Source of the DNA: an uncultured Pseudomonadales bacterium
GTDB taxonomy: Bacteria > Patescibacteriota > Microgenomatia > UBA1400 > PJMF01
Length of the DNA stretch: 64,000 nt
Assembly (NCBI GenBank): GCA_964406075.1
Contig: CAYOQI010000001.1
Span: 133,015 to 197,014, forward strand
Direction of reading: 5' to 3'
Made by a program: the position numbers and the translations under genes. Every line of letters begins with the position of its first letter. The first letter of the stretch is position 1. Under the pieces are notes generated by a model. It made no database searches. It saw nothing but the letters and a program-made list of their open reading frames with translations, and was not told where the DNA came from. Of the stretch, positions 27,297-35,399 are shown piece by piece.

Positions 27297-30203
27297 TTAC
27301 ATTTCTTTCTTCAAAAACTGACCAGTGTAGGAATCAGGATGTTGAGCTACCACTTCAGGTGGTCCATCCACAACTAACTGTCCTCCGGCATCACCACCTT
27401 CGGGACCCAAATCAATAATCCAGTCGGAGTTTTTTATCACATCTAAATTGTGCTCAATCATGATGACGGTATTGTTTTGTTCCACAAGTCGATGCAATAC
27501 ATTCATCAATTTTTGAATATCGGCAAAGTGTAAACCAGTCGTCGGTTCATCGAGCAAGTAGATAGTATGTTCGGCTGATCTTATTGCTAATTCTTTAGCT
27601 AATTTAACACGTTGTGCTTCTCCACCGGAAAGAGTCGGAGCTGGCTGACCTAAACTAATATACCCGAGTCCAACTTCTTGCAATGTAGTTAATTTGTAAC
27701 GAACTTGGGAGTGAGAATCAAAAAACTTAACCGCATCATCAACACTTAATGCCAATACATCCGCAATCGATTTATCTTTGTACGTGACTTCAAGCGTTTC
27801 AGCGTTGTAGCGTTTGCCATGACAAACATCACAAGTGACATAGACGTCAGCTAAAAATTGCATCTCAATTTTGATTTGGCCTTCTCCGCTACAGGCTTCA
27901 CAGCGTCCACCTTTGACATTGAAACTAAATCTGCCTAATTTGTAACCACGAACTTTGGCTTCCGCAGTATTCGCAAAAATTTGTCGAATGTAATCAAAAA
28001 CTTTGGTATATGTGGCGGGATTTGAACGAGGTGTTCGGCCAATCGGACTTTGATCAATTAATGACACCCGTTTCACTTTATCAGGAATGGTCATCCCAGT
28101 AATTTTTCCAGGCACACTATCAATTGAATATCCTAAGTACTGAGCCAAGTTTTCATATAACGTATCATGAAGTAAGGTTGATTTCCCCGATCCTGAAAGG
28201 CCAGTAATACAGACTAAACGATTGAGAGGGAAACCAACTTCAATATCTTTCAAATTGTGAGTTGCAGCTCCTCGCATCGTCAAAATATCTTCAGGACGTG
28301 CAATGATTCGTTTACGAGTAACTTTTTTGGCACCGGTGAGATATTTTCCAGTTGGAGAATCTTCGGACTGTTCTAAATCCAAAGGCTTTCCTTCCGCAAC
28401 AACTCGACCGCCATTTTTTCCCGCTTTGGGACCAAAGTCAAATACATAGTCAGCATTCATGATCACGTCGCGATCATGCTCGACAACAACCACCGAGTTC
28501 CCTTTATCTCGTAAATTTTTCAATGTCTCAATCAATAAATGATTATCTCGTTGATGCAATCCAATTGTCGGTTCGTCTAATACATAGAGAACGCCAGTTA
28601 AACCAGTACCAATCTGTGAAGCCAAACGAATACGTTGTGCTTCTCCACCGGCTAAGGTTCCTGACTCACGATCGAGTGACAAATAATTTAAACCAACTGA
28701 GTTCAAAAATTCCAAGCGGGCTTGAATTTCTCTTAGAATTCCTTCAGCAATAAATTTTTCTTTTTGACTGAGCTTTGGAGGTAAAAGCTTGATCCATTCC
28801 CAAGTTTGGTTAATGGCCAATGAACAAATTTGAGCGATATGAAATCCATCTACCCACACACCAAGTGCTTCAGGTTTCAAACGAGTGCCTTTGCAATCCT
28901 GGCAAACTTCTTTATGCATGAACCGTTCAATCTCTTTTCGCATGTACTCAGATTCGGTCTCAGTGTAGCGTCGCTCAAGATTTTTAATAAAACCTTCAAA
29001 CGCCTCATGAATTTTGGTCATACTACCTTCACGATTGGTGCCTTCGACTTCGTACACTTTGCTCGATCCATAAAATAAAATATTTTGAGTCTCTTCATTG
29101 AATTCTTCCCAGGCTGTTTTTCTAAAATCATATCCTTGCTCTTCGACCACTTTTTTAACTAAGCGTGACCACCAAGTATCATTTTCCATCATTCGAGCAA
29201 ACGGAATAATCGCGCCTTCACTTAAACTCAACGCCGGAGCCACAATGCGATGTTTATCAATTTTGAGTAATTTTCCCAAACCATGACATGTCTCACAGGC
29301 GCCTTGAGGTGAGTTGAACGAGAATAACCGAGGCTCAATCTCTGGCAAACTAATTCCACAATAACTACAAGCAAAGTGTTCACTAAATAAGAAATCTTTC
29401 ATCTCTTTCGGTTTGTCTGGGAAATCCATACCAGTATCATTCACAAAACTGATCACCACGAATCCATCAGACTGACGTAAAGCGTCTTCCATGGCTTGAA
29501 CTACTCGGGTTCGTAATTCTTTGTGATATTCTTCGTCCTTAAAAACACTAGCTGTGGTCACAAATCGATCAACAATTAAATCAATGGTATGTTTGTTGGT
29601 CTTAATTAAACTGATGTCATCGTCTAACTTGAACACTTCTCCATCGATTCGTACTCGCTGATACCCTTTTTTCTTGAGTGATTCAAAAAGTGAGGTAAAC
29701 TCACCTTTACGTTGACGAATAACCGGAGACATGACCATGAAGCGAACTGGCTGACCTGAAATACGTTCCTGAATATGCTTGAACACTTGTTCAGTAATTT
29801 GATCAATCGATTGAGATGAAATTTCGCGTCCGCAATTCGGACAGTGTGGATGTCCAACACGAGCAAAAAGTAAACGGAAGTAGTCGTAAATTTCGGTGAT
29901 CGTTCCCACAGTTGAACGAGGATTATGGGAAGTTGTTTTTTGGTCAATAGAAATGGCCGGAGACAGTCCTTCGATATGATCAACATCTGGTTTTTCCATC
30001 ATGCCCAGAAATTGGCGCGCATACGAACTCAGACTTTCCACATATCGTCGCTGACCTTCCGCATACAAGGTATCAAAAGCCAAAGAGCTTTTTCCACTCC
30101 CTGACATTCCGGTCAGTACCACCAGCTGGTGCTTCGGAATTTTAACGGTAATATTTTTGAGATTATGCTGACGGGCACCAGTAATTGTGATGTATTCGGT
30201 CAT
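27297..30203 (-). CDS. uvrA: Excinuclease ABC subunit A
   Basis: 968 aa. GARQHNLKNI, two Walker A sites (GMSGSGKSS and GLSGSGKST), Zn-finger Cys pairs and LSGGEAQR signatures. Confidence 0.97.
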   Translation of the reverse strand: MTEYITITGARQHNLKNITVKIPKHQLVVLTGMSGSGKSSLAFDTLYAEGQRRYVESLSSYARQFLGMMEKPDVDHIEGLSPAISIDQKTTSHNPRSTVGTITEIYDYFRLLFARVGHPHCPNCGREISSQSIDQITEQVFKHIQERISGQPVRFMVMSPVIRQRKGEFTSLFESLKKKGYQRVRIDGEVFKLDDDISLIKTNKHTIDLIVDRFVTTASVFKDEEYHKELRTRVVQAMEDALRQSDGFVVISFVNDTGMDFPDKPKEMKDFLFSEHFACSYCGISLPEIEPRLFSFNSPQGACETCHGLGKLLKIDKHRIVAPALSLSEGAIIPFARMMENDTWWSRLVKKVVEEQGYDFRKTAWEEFNEETQNILFYGSSKVYEVEGTNREGSMTKIHEAFEGFIKNLERRYTETESEYMRKEIERFMHKEVCQDCKGTRLKPEALGVWVDGFHIAQICSLAINQTWEWIKLLPPKLSQKEKFIAEGILREIQARLEFLNSVGLNYLSLDRESGTLAGGEAQRIRLASQIGTGLTGVLYVLDEPTIGLHQRDNHLLIETLKNLRDKGNSVVVVEHDRDVIMNADYVFDFGPKAGKNGGRVVAEGKPLDLEQSEDSPTGKYLTGAKKVTRKRIIARPEDILTMRGAATHNLKDIEVGFPLNRLVCITGLSGSGKSTLLHDTLYENLAQYLGYSIDSVPGKITGMTIPDKVKRVSLIDQSPIGRTPRSNPATYTKVFDYIRQIFANTAEAKVRGYKLGRFSFNVKGGRCEACSGEGQIKIEMQFLADVYVTCDVCHGKRYNAETLEVTYKDKSIADVLALSVDDAVKFFDSHSQVRYKLTTLQEVGLGYISLGQPAPTLSGGEAQRVKLAKELAIRSAEHTIYLLDEPTTGLHFADIQKLMNVLHRLVEQNNTVIMIEHNLDVIKNSDWIIDLGPEGGDAGGQLVVDGPPEVVAQHPDSYTGQFLKKEM

Positions 30204-30680
30204 ATTGGTCGATTCAGGTGTTCTTATCTAGAAAATTTCAATTTAGATGTAATAAAATTACCAAACATTTAGCGAAAGAATACTCAATATACATTGAAGC
30301 ACTTCAGTCTAAAAGAGCTAAAATATTTTCCATTTAATATTAATGCGTAAATCCCGCAATACCTTTTATAGGAAACTTACTGTCTACACTTTTTTCATCT
30401 CTTATTGATTCAATGCGTATTTAGGTAAATGCGGGGCTAAATTTGATGTGTAAGTATAGCAGAGAAACACGGGACTTTGCTAGAGGTTTGGTGATAGAGA
30501 AAGAACAGGGAAAAGTAATGATCACGTAAAAGAGGCTGAAAAACAACTGAAATCGTGCAAATTCTAATTATTATATCCCTCTGGTTTTCAAAAATAAAGA
30601 CTTGGAATATTTTGTTATAGGGTTAATATATAGCCTTCCGGAAGCGACTCGATAAAGAGAAAGAGAAGGAGATTTTTAAA

Positions 30681-30836
30681 GTGTACAACGAAAATTCAAT
30701 TGACAGGATCTGGCGAGAATATCAACTGATGCAGGACGCATTACGCGACCCGAAAAAAGTTGTTTCTTCGCCCTTGGCATTCACAATTCAACCCCGACCT
30801 CAACTGGTCCAAAGGTTGCCCAGCGGCGAATGCTAG
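30681..30836 (+). CDS. Candidate micro-ORF (51 aa, GTG start), function unknown
   Basis: AAGGAG sits 9 nt upstream of the GTG. Translation: VYNENSIDRIWREYQLMQDALRDPKKVVSSPLAFTIQPRPQLVQRLPSGEC. Visibly more GC-rich than its flanks and followed by a terminator-like hairpin. Below the ORF-track size cutoff. Confidence 0.3.
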   Translation: MYNENSIDRIWREYQLMQDALRDPKKVVSSPLAFTIQPRPQLVQRLPSGEC

Positions 30837-30859
30837 AATCCGGCTTACGCCGAATTCAT

Positions 30860-30894
30860 AAACCCCTTGATCAACATCGGTCGGGGGTTTTTTT
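30860..30894 (+). terminator. Rho-independent terminator-like hairpin
   Basis: AAACCCC-(loop)-GGGGTTTTTTT. The T7 run lies between the micro-ORF and the convergent 516-aa gene. Confidence 0.45.
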
Positions 30895-30927
30895 CAGCTT
30901 TTTTCCCTACCGAACTAGATCCTATTT

Positions 30928-32478
30928 CTAATACTGTTCTGTAATTTCTATACCGTTTTTAAATATTCTTGGTTGAGCATTATGTCCATAACGAACAAAG
31001 AATTTTGCTTGTTCAGAATTTTCTAAATAAATATCTCCCAGCGAAGAAGTTTTATCTGGACCAATCACTGTGGCACCAAGTTTTGAAATTTTTAAGGCAA
31101 TTCCACCTTCTTTTCCTGCAGCCGTCGAACATGAGCTTAAAATAATTGTTGGATTATCAATAAATAATTCAGACAATTGCCGTACACGACCTTTAATCTG
31201 ATCTGTATAGCTACGTGCAACTTTATCCCAATGAAGAATATCTGACGGAAATATTGCTCCACCTCGTCTTTTGTTACCTAACTGGATACTGCTCTCACTT
31301 CCATGCCCTCCTAGTAGTACAAAACTTATTTCTCCATATTCCTGATACGCTTTGTGTAACGCTTGCCCTAGCTCAAGCTTGCTTCCACACTCATACACTC
31401 GTAAATTGTATTTACCTTCAATCTGCTCACGAAGATCCATAAGAGGGAAAATCTTGTCATGAAAAGCACCATTCCAGTCTGCTCTTGGAAAAATTATGAC
31501 TCCATGTGGTGACTTGTTATCATCACGTTTTTCATACTGATCCTCTAACATTTTTTCTGGCCATCGTCCAAAATTTACAATTCCAAATCTCTCATACAGC
31601 TCTTTACTGGCTCCCGGAAATTTCTCTTCCAATTTCTCTATTCCTCGAATATTTCCATGAAGATTGTGTCTTCTACTATCTTTATTATTTCCAGATGTTT
31701 CCAACCATTCATAAATAAACCTAATTCCATCAAGACCATAACGTTCTTGTAAAATTTGACTCACAATTTCTTCACTCGCAACACGTTGACGAAGTGTTCC
31801 TGAAGATAGTAAGTCAGACATAAATGCTGCTTGATACAACAGGTCACCCTCCATTAACCCTTTAGTTACCATTTGAACTGCCTCATCTTGTAAATCACTT
31901 GGGCTTTCCAGCATTATTCTAGTAGCCGTTTCATATGAGCTTCTCTCATCAGAATTACTTATACCTTTTTGAATAATTTGCTTATTTCTAAATAAGGTTG
32001 GGTTAACAAGACCTCTGACGGAATCATCCATGCTCTTTTTAAGATGTATGATCATTTCTATAATTTTCCCAGAGTGTCCTACATCCTCTTCAGTCAAATG
32101 CAATTCTAAAGTTGGTAGATACTTGGCAATAGCTTTAAGAGCATATTCCTCAATTTCTGTATGTGATTCATTTTTTCCTTTACCATAGTAATACACAAAA
32201 TCCAAAATCTTTCTCAGTGTTTGGAATGCTTCGTCAAAGGTATCATCAGATTCCAACCCTGAAGCTAATTGTTCAATTGTTTCTTCGTATTCCCACACTT
32301 CTTCTAAATCAAGTTCTCTTTTTATATTTTTAAACTTTTTACCAAAATATTCTTCTCTCGGACGCATAGACTCAAACAATTCAGAAATTTTTTGGTAAGA
32401 CTGAACAAATTGTTCATTTCGAATATCTTTTTCTTGATCAACAGAGTTGTTATGGAAGGAAGATTCTTCTTGTGACAT
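30928..32478 (-). CDS. Orphan protein; helical N-terminal region plus a C-terminal domain with a caspase/CHAT-like His-Cys dyad (hypothesis)
   Basis: 516 aa. The C-terminal alpha/beta region has ISFVLLGGHGSESS and, 58 aa later, TIILSSCSTAAG. Each catalytic candidate follows a hydrophobic strand. Confidence 0.6.
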   Translation of the reverse strand: MSQEESSFHNNSVDQEKDIRNEQFVQSYQKISELFESMRPREEYFGKKFKNIKRELDLEEVWEYEETIEQLASGLESDDTFDEAFQTLRKILDFVYYYGKGKNESHTEIEEYALKAIAKYLPTLELHLTEEDVGHSGKIIEMIIHLKKSMDDSVRGLVNPTLFRNKQIIQKGISNSDERSSYETATRIMLESPSDLQDEAVQMVTKGLMEGDLLYQAAFMSDLLSSGTLRQRVASEEIVSQILQERYGLDGIRFIYEWLETSGNNKDSRRHNLHGNIRGIEKLEEKFPGASKELYERFGIVNFGRWPEKMLEDQYEKRDDNKSPHGVIIFPRADWNGAFHDKIFPLMDLREQIEGKYNLRVYECGSKLELGQALHKAYQEYGEISFVLLGGHGSESSIQLGNKRRGGAIFPSDILHWDKVARSYTDQIKGRVRQLSELFIDNPTIILSSCSTAAGKEGGIALKISKLGATVIGPDKTSSLGDIYLENSEQAKFFVRYGHNAQPRIFKNGIEITEQY

Positions 32479-32563
32479 ATGTGAAAACTATTTAATAAAT
32501 ACCCACTTTTAGTAACATGAGTATACTAAATATATAGAATATGAAGGAATACAGGAAATACTA

Positions 32564-34786
32564 TTAACTTGATTCTTCCGACTTCTTTATCTCATCTCGA
32601 ATCAGAGCAGCAGTTTCAAAATCCATTTGGTCGGCAGCTTTTCGCATGGCACGATTGAGTTTGGCACGAATGTTGTCTTTTTCTGGGGGTAAGTAGGCGT
32701 CCCAGTCGAGCTTGGCTAAATCGATCGACTGATGAGCAGAAATTTGAATAATTTTTTGTTTAAACTTGGGCTCTTCTGGCTGATTCTTTTTTTGAAATGA
32801 AAGCAATTCTTTCTTCTTCCCTTTTCGTCCATCAGTGGAGTACGTTCCATCTTCTTCTTTGACTCGATGCACTAATTGCTCGCGAATTGGTTTCTGAATT
32901 GTTTCAGGGGTAATACTATTTTTCTCGTTGAACGCGATTTGCTTTTCTCGACGACGTTCTACCTCTTCAATCGCTTCTTTCATCGCCTTTGAAATGACAT
33001 CGGCATAGAGAATGACGTGTCCTTCACTATGACGAGCTGCTCGCCCCATGGTCTGAATCAAAGCAGTTCGGGATCGCAGAAAACCTGCTTTGTCTGCATC
33101 CAGAATTGCAACGAGTGTAACTTCGGGTAAATCTAAACCTTCTCGAAGCAAGTTAATTCCAACTAACACATCGTACGTACCACGTCTTAAATCGTCTAAA
33201 ATATCTGATCGATCAAGTGTTTCAACATCTGAGTGAAGATACGCAACTTGAATTTCTGGTGGTGGATCAGTTGGAAAGGTATCGATATCTCGATTTACTT
33301 TGAATAACTTCTCTGCATTTTTATTATCATTTAAATACTCAGTTAAAACCTCAGACATACGTTTGGTTAAGGTCGTTACTAAGACACGCTGGCCTTTTTT
33401 CTTTCGTTTAATAATTTCTTTGTATAAATCAGGAATTTGAGACTCCGTCGGACGAATTTCAATATCAGGGTCAATCAAGCCAGTCGGACGGATCAACTGT
33501 TCTGCTATTCGCCCCTCTGAGTGCTCGACTTCCCATTTCTCAGGTGTCGCGGACACATGTAGGAGTTGAGTCGTATTGGCCAAGAATTCAGGGAACTGAA
33601 GCGGTCGATTATCAAGTGCAGAGGGTAAACGAAATCCATACTTAATCAAGGTTTCTTTACGTGACCGATCACCAGCATACATTCCTCGAATTTGAGGTAA
33701 GGTCATGTGACTCTCATCAACAATCGTTAAATACGATCCATCACCAAACTCTTTGGCATTGTGCTTCATGTAATCAAGCAAAGTGAATGGGGCACTTCCT
33801 TCTGCTCGTCCATCAAAGTAACGAGAGTAATTTTCAATTCCATTCACAAAACCGAGTTCACGAATCATATCAATGTCATACTTCACTTTTTGTTCCAACC
33901 GATACGCCTCAACAATTTTTCCTTCCCCTCGCATTTGAGCTAATCTCTCAGCTAAATCTCGTTCAATATGTTGAAGTGACTCTTCTTGTGTCAGAGGATT
34001 TGTTTGATAGTGTTTGGCTGGATAAATGATGATGCGTTTGGCTTTATTTTTAATTCTTTCATCAGAAAAACTGGGTTCAGATCTATCAGGCAAAATCTCA
34101 CCGGTCATGGGATCAATCCAATCAATTTTATCCAATTTATTCTCAAAACTTACTAGACGTAACGCACGATCTTCATATGCCGGCCAAATATTGATAATCT
34201 CACCTCGGACTCGAAAACTTCCACGTTTGAAATCTACATCCGATCTTTCATATTGAAGGTTAATTAATTGTTTCAACAATGTTTCGCGGGAAATAATTTC
34301 ACCTTCCACTAATTGGAGCACATACTTTCCGTATTCAACTGGTGAACCAAGGTTATAAATACAGGACACTGAGGCCACGATAATACAGTCAGGGCGGGTC
34401 AAAAGATTGGTGGTAGAAGCTAAACGCAATTTATCAATTTCATCATTGATGGTGGCTTCTTTTTCGATATAGGTATCGGTCGTGGGAATATAGGCTTCAG
34501 GCTGGTAATAGTCGTAATACGAAACGAAGTAACTGACGGCATTATTCGGGAAAAAGTCACGAAATTCTTGATAGAGTTGGGCTGCTAAGGTTTTGTTATG
34601 GGAAATGATGAGAGTGGGCTTCTGAACATTCTGAATCACATTGGCCATAGTAAATGTTTTACCCGAACCTGTGACTCCAAGTAAGGTTTGATGCGGTTGG
34701 CCTTCTTTGACCCACTTTGATAACGCCTCAATTGCTTGCGGTTGGTCACCTGTCGGCTGGAATCTTGAAACTAATTTAAAGCTCAT
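32564..34786 (-). CDS. uvrB: Excinuclease ABC subunit B
   Basis: MSFKLVSRFQPTGDQPQAI matches canonical UvrB N-termini. GVTGSGKTF, DESH and a C-terminal UVR motif FETAALIRDEI are present. The track's TTG start at 34810 was rejected in favour of ATG 34786. Confidence 0.95.
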   Translation of the reverse strand: MSFKLVSRFQPTGDQPQAIEALSKWVKEGQPHQTLLGVTGSGKTFTMANVIQNVQKPTLIISHNKTLAAQLYQEFRDFFPNNAVSYFVSYYDYYQPEAYIPTTDTYIEKEATINDEIDKLRLASTTNLLTRPDCIIVASVSCIYNLGSPVEYGKYVLQLVEGEIISRETLLKQLINLQYERSDVDFKRGSFRVRGEIINIWPAYEDRALRLVSFENKLDKIDWIDPMTGEILPDRSEPSFSDERIKNKAKRIIIYPAKHYQTNPLTQEESLQHIERDLAERLAQMRGEGKIVEAYRLEQKVKYDIDMIRELGFVNGIENYSRYFDGRAEGSAPFTLLDYMKHNAKEFGDGSYLTIVDESHMTLPQIRGMYAGDRSRKETLIKYGFRLPSALDNRPLQFPEFLANTTQLLHVSATPEKWEVEHSEGRIAEQLIRPTGLIDPDIEIRPTESQIPDLYKEIIKRKKKGQRVLVTTLTKRMSEVLTEYLNDNKNAEKLFKVNRDIDTFPTDPPPEIQVAYLHSDVETLDRSDILDDLRRGTYDVLVGINLLREGLDLPEVTLVAILDADKAGFLRSRTALIQTMGRAARHSEGHVILYADVISKAMKEAIEEVERRREKQIAFNEKNSITPETIQKPIREQLVHRVKEEDGTYSTDGRKGKKKELLSFQKKNQPEEPKFKQKIIQISAHQSIDLAKLDWDAYLPPEKDNIRAKLNRAMRKAADQMDFETAALIRDEIKKSEESS

Positions 34787-34803
34787 ATAAAAAAGTATTT
34801 CTT

Positions 34804-34871
34804 CCGCCAAAGGCGGATCAGCCTCTGGCTGAGAATAGCATCAGGTTGACCTGCCTGCCGGCAGGCAGGTC
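34804..34871. repeat. Cluster of three GC-rich palindromes, including a perfect 24-bp one
   Basis: CCGCCaaaGGCGG (34804-16), CAGCCtctGGCTG (34819-31) and GACCTGCCTGCCGGCAGGCAGGTC (34848-71). A related copy lies at 54616-54654. Confidence 0.7.
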
Positions 34872-34934
34872 TCCAGTAGGTTTGAATCGAGATTGAAGGT
34901 TAAATGGCACAGTTGATTATTGTAACACTTTTCT

Positions 34935-35384
34935 TGTCATCCTGAGCGATCAGGTAATCCTGACAGTCGAAGGATCCCTGTCACGGGAGAGTATTAAGAT
35001 TCCAAGTTATACTTAAATCTTGCCACTGTGGGTTTAGGCTATTAATGAGTTTCTCTTTCTTTTTCCTTGACCATCCTTTGAGTTGCTTTTCTCGGTTTAT
35101 TGCATCCATAATTTGATTGAAGTCTTCGGCATACACTAAAGTATGACACTGGTACTTTTTGGTAAATCCTTCAATCAAATCCTGTTTATGTTCGTAAACT
35201 CTTCGTTCTAAATCATTCGTTACTCCTATATAGAGAGTTCCTGAAACACTACTCATGAAATATACATGGTACTGATGTGATGACACTTACGTATTATCAA
35301 TCAAGAAAAGTAACTCCTTCAATAACCAATGATGCTGACAGCGATTCCTCGAATGTCTGGAATACCAGACGCCTCGGAATGACA
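34935..35384 (-). mobile_element. GIY-YIG gene nested between the two arms of the TGTCATCC...GGAATGACA palindromic element (copy C)
   Basis: Left arm TGTCATCCTGAGCGA..GTCGAAGGATCCCTGTCA (34935-34983). Right arm ACAGCGATTCCTCGAA..CGCCTCGGAATGACA (35338-35384). The ORF occupies the position of the loop in copies A and B. Mobility is an inference. Confidence 0.5.
34981..35286 (-). CDS. GIY-YIG nuclease family protein (paralog of 22361-22651)
   Basis: 101 aa. YHVYFMSSVSGTLYIGVTNDLERRVYEHK...REKQLKGWSRKKK. Confidence 0.85.
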   Translation of the reverse strand: MSSHQYHVYFMSSVSGTLYIGVTNDLERRVYEHKQDLIEGFTKKYQCHTLVYAEDFNQIMDAINREKQLKGWSRKKKEKLINSLNPQWQDLSITWNLNTLP

Positions 35385-35399
35385 AAAGAATAAGATATA

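Noticed and set aside
30640-30660. CCTTCCGGAAGCGAC resembling the SRP RNA domain IV CCGGAAGG motif.
   Set aside because: It is a loop-less palindrome, not a GGAA-tetraloop helix. No matching 3' strand or symmetric-loop motif is present.
34787-34810. TTG-initiated N-terminal extension of uvrB (track start 34810, MAEEILFY...).
   Set aside because: The ATG at 34786 gives MSFKLVSRFQPTGDQP, which matches canonical UvrB N-termini. The extension would run through the GC-rich hairpin CCGCCaaaGGCGG.
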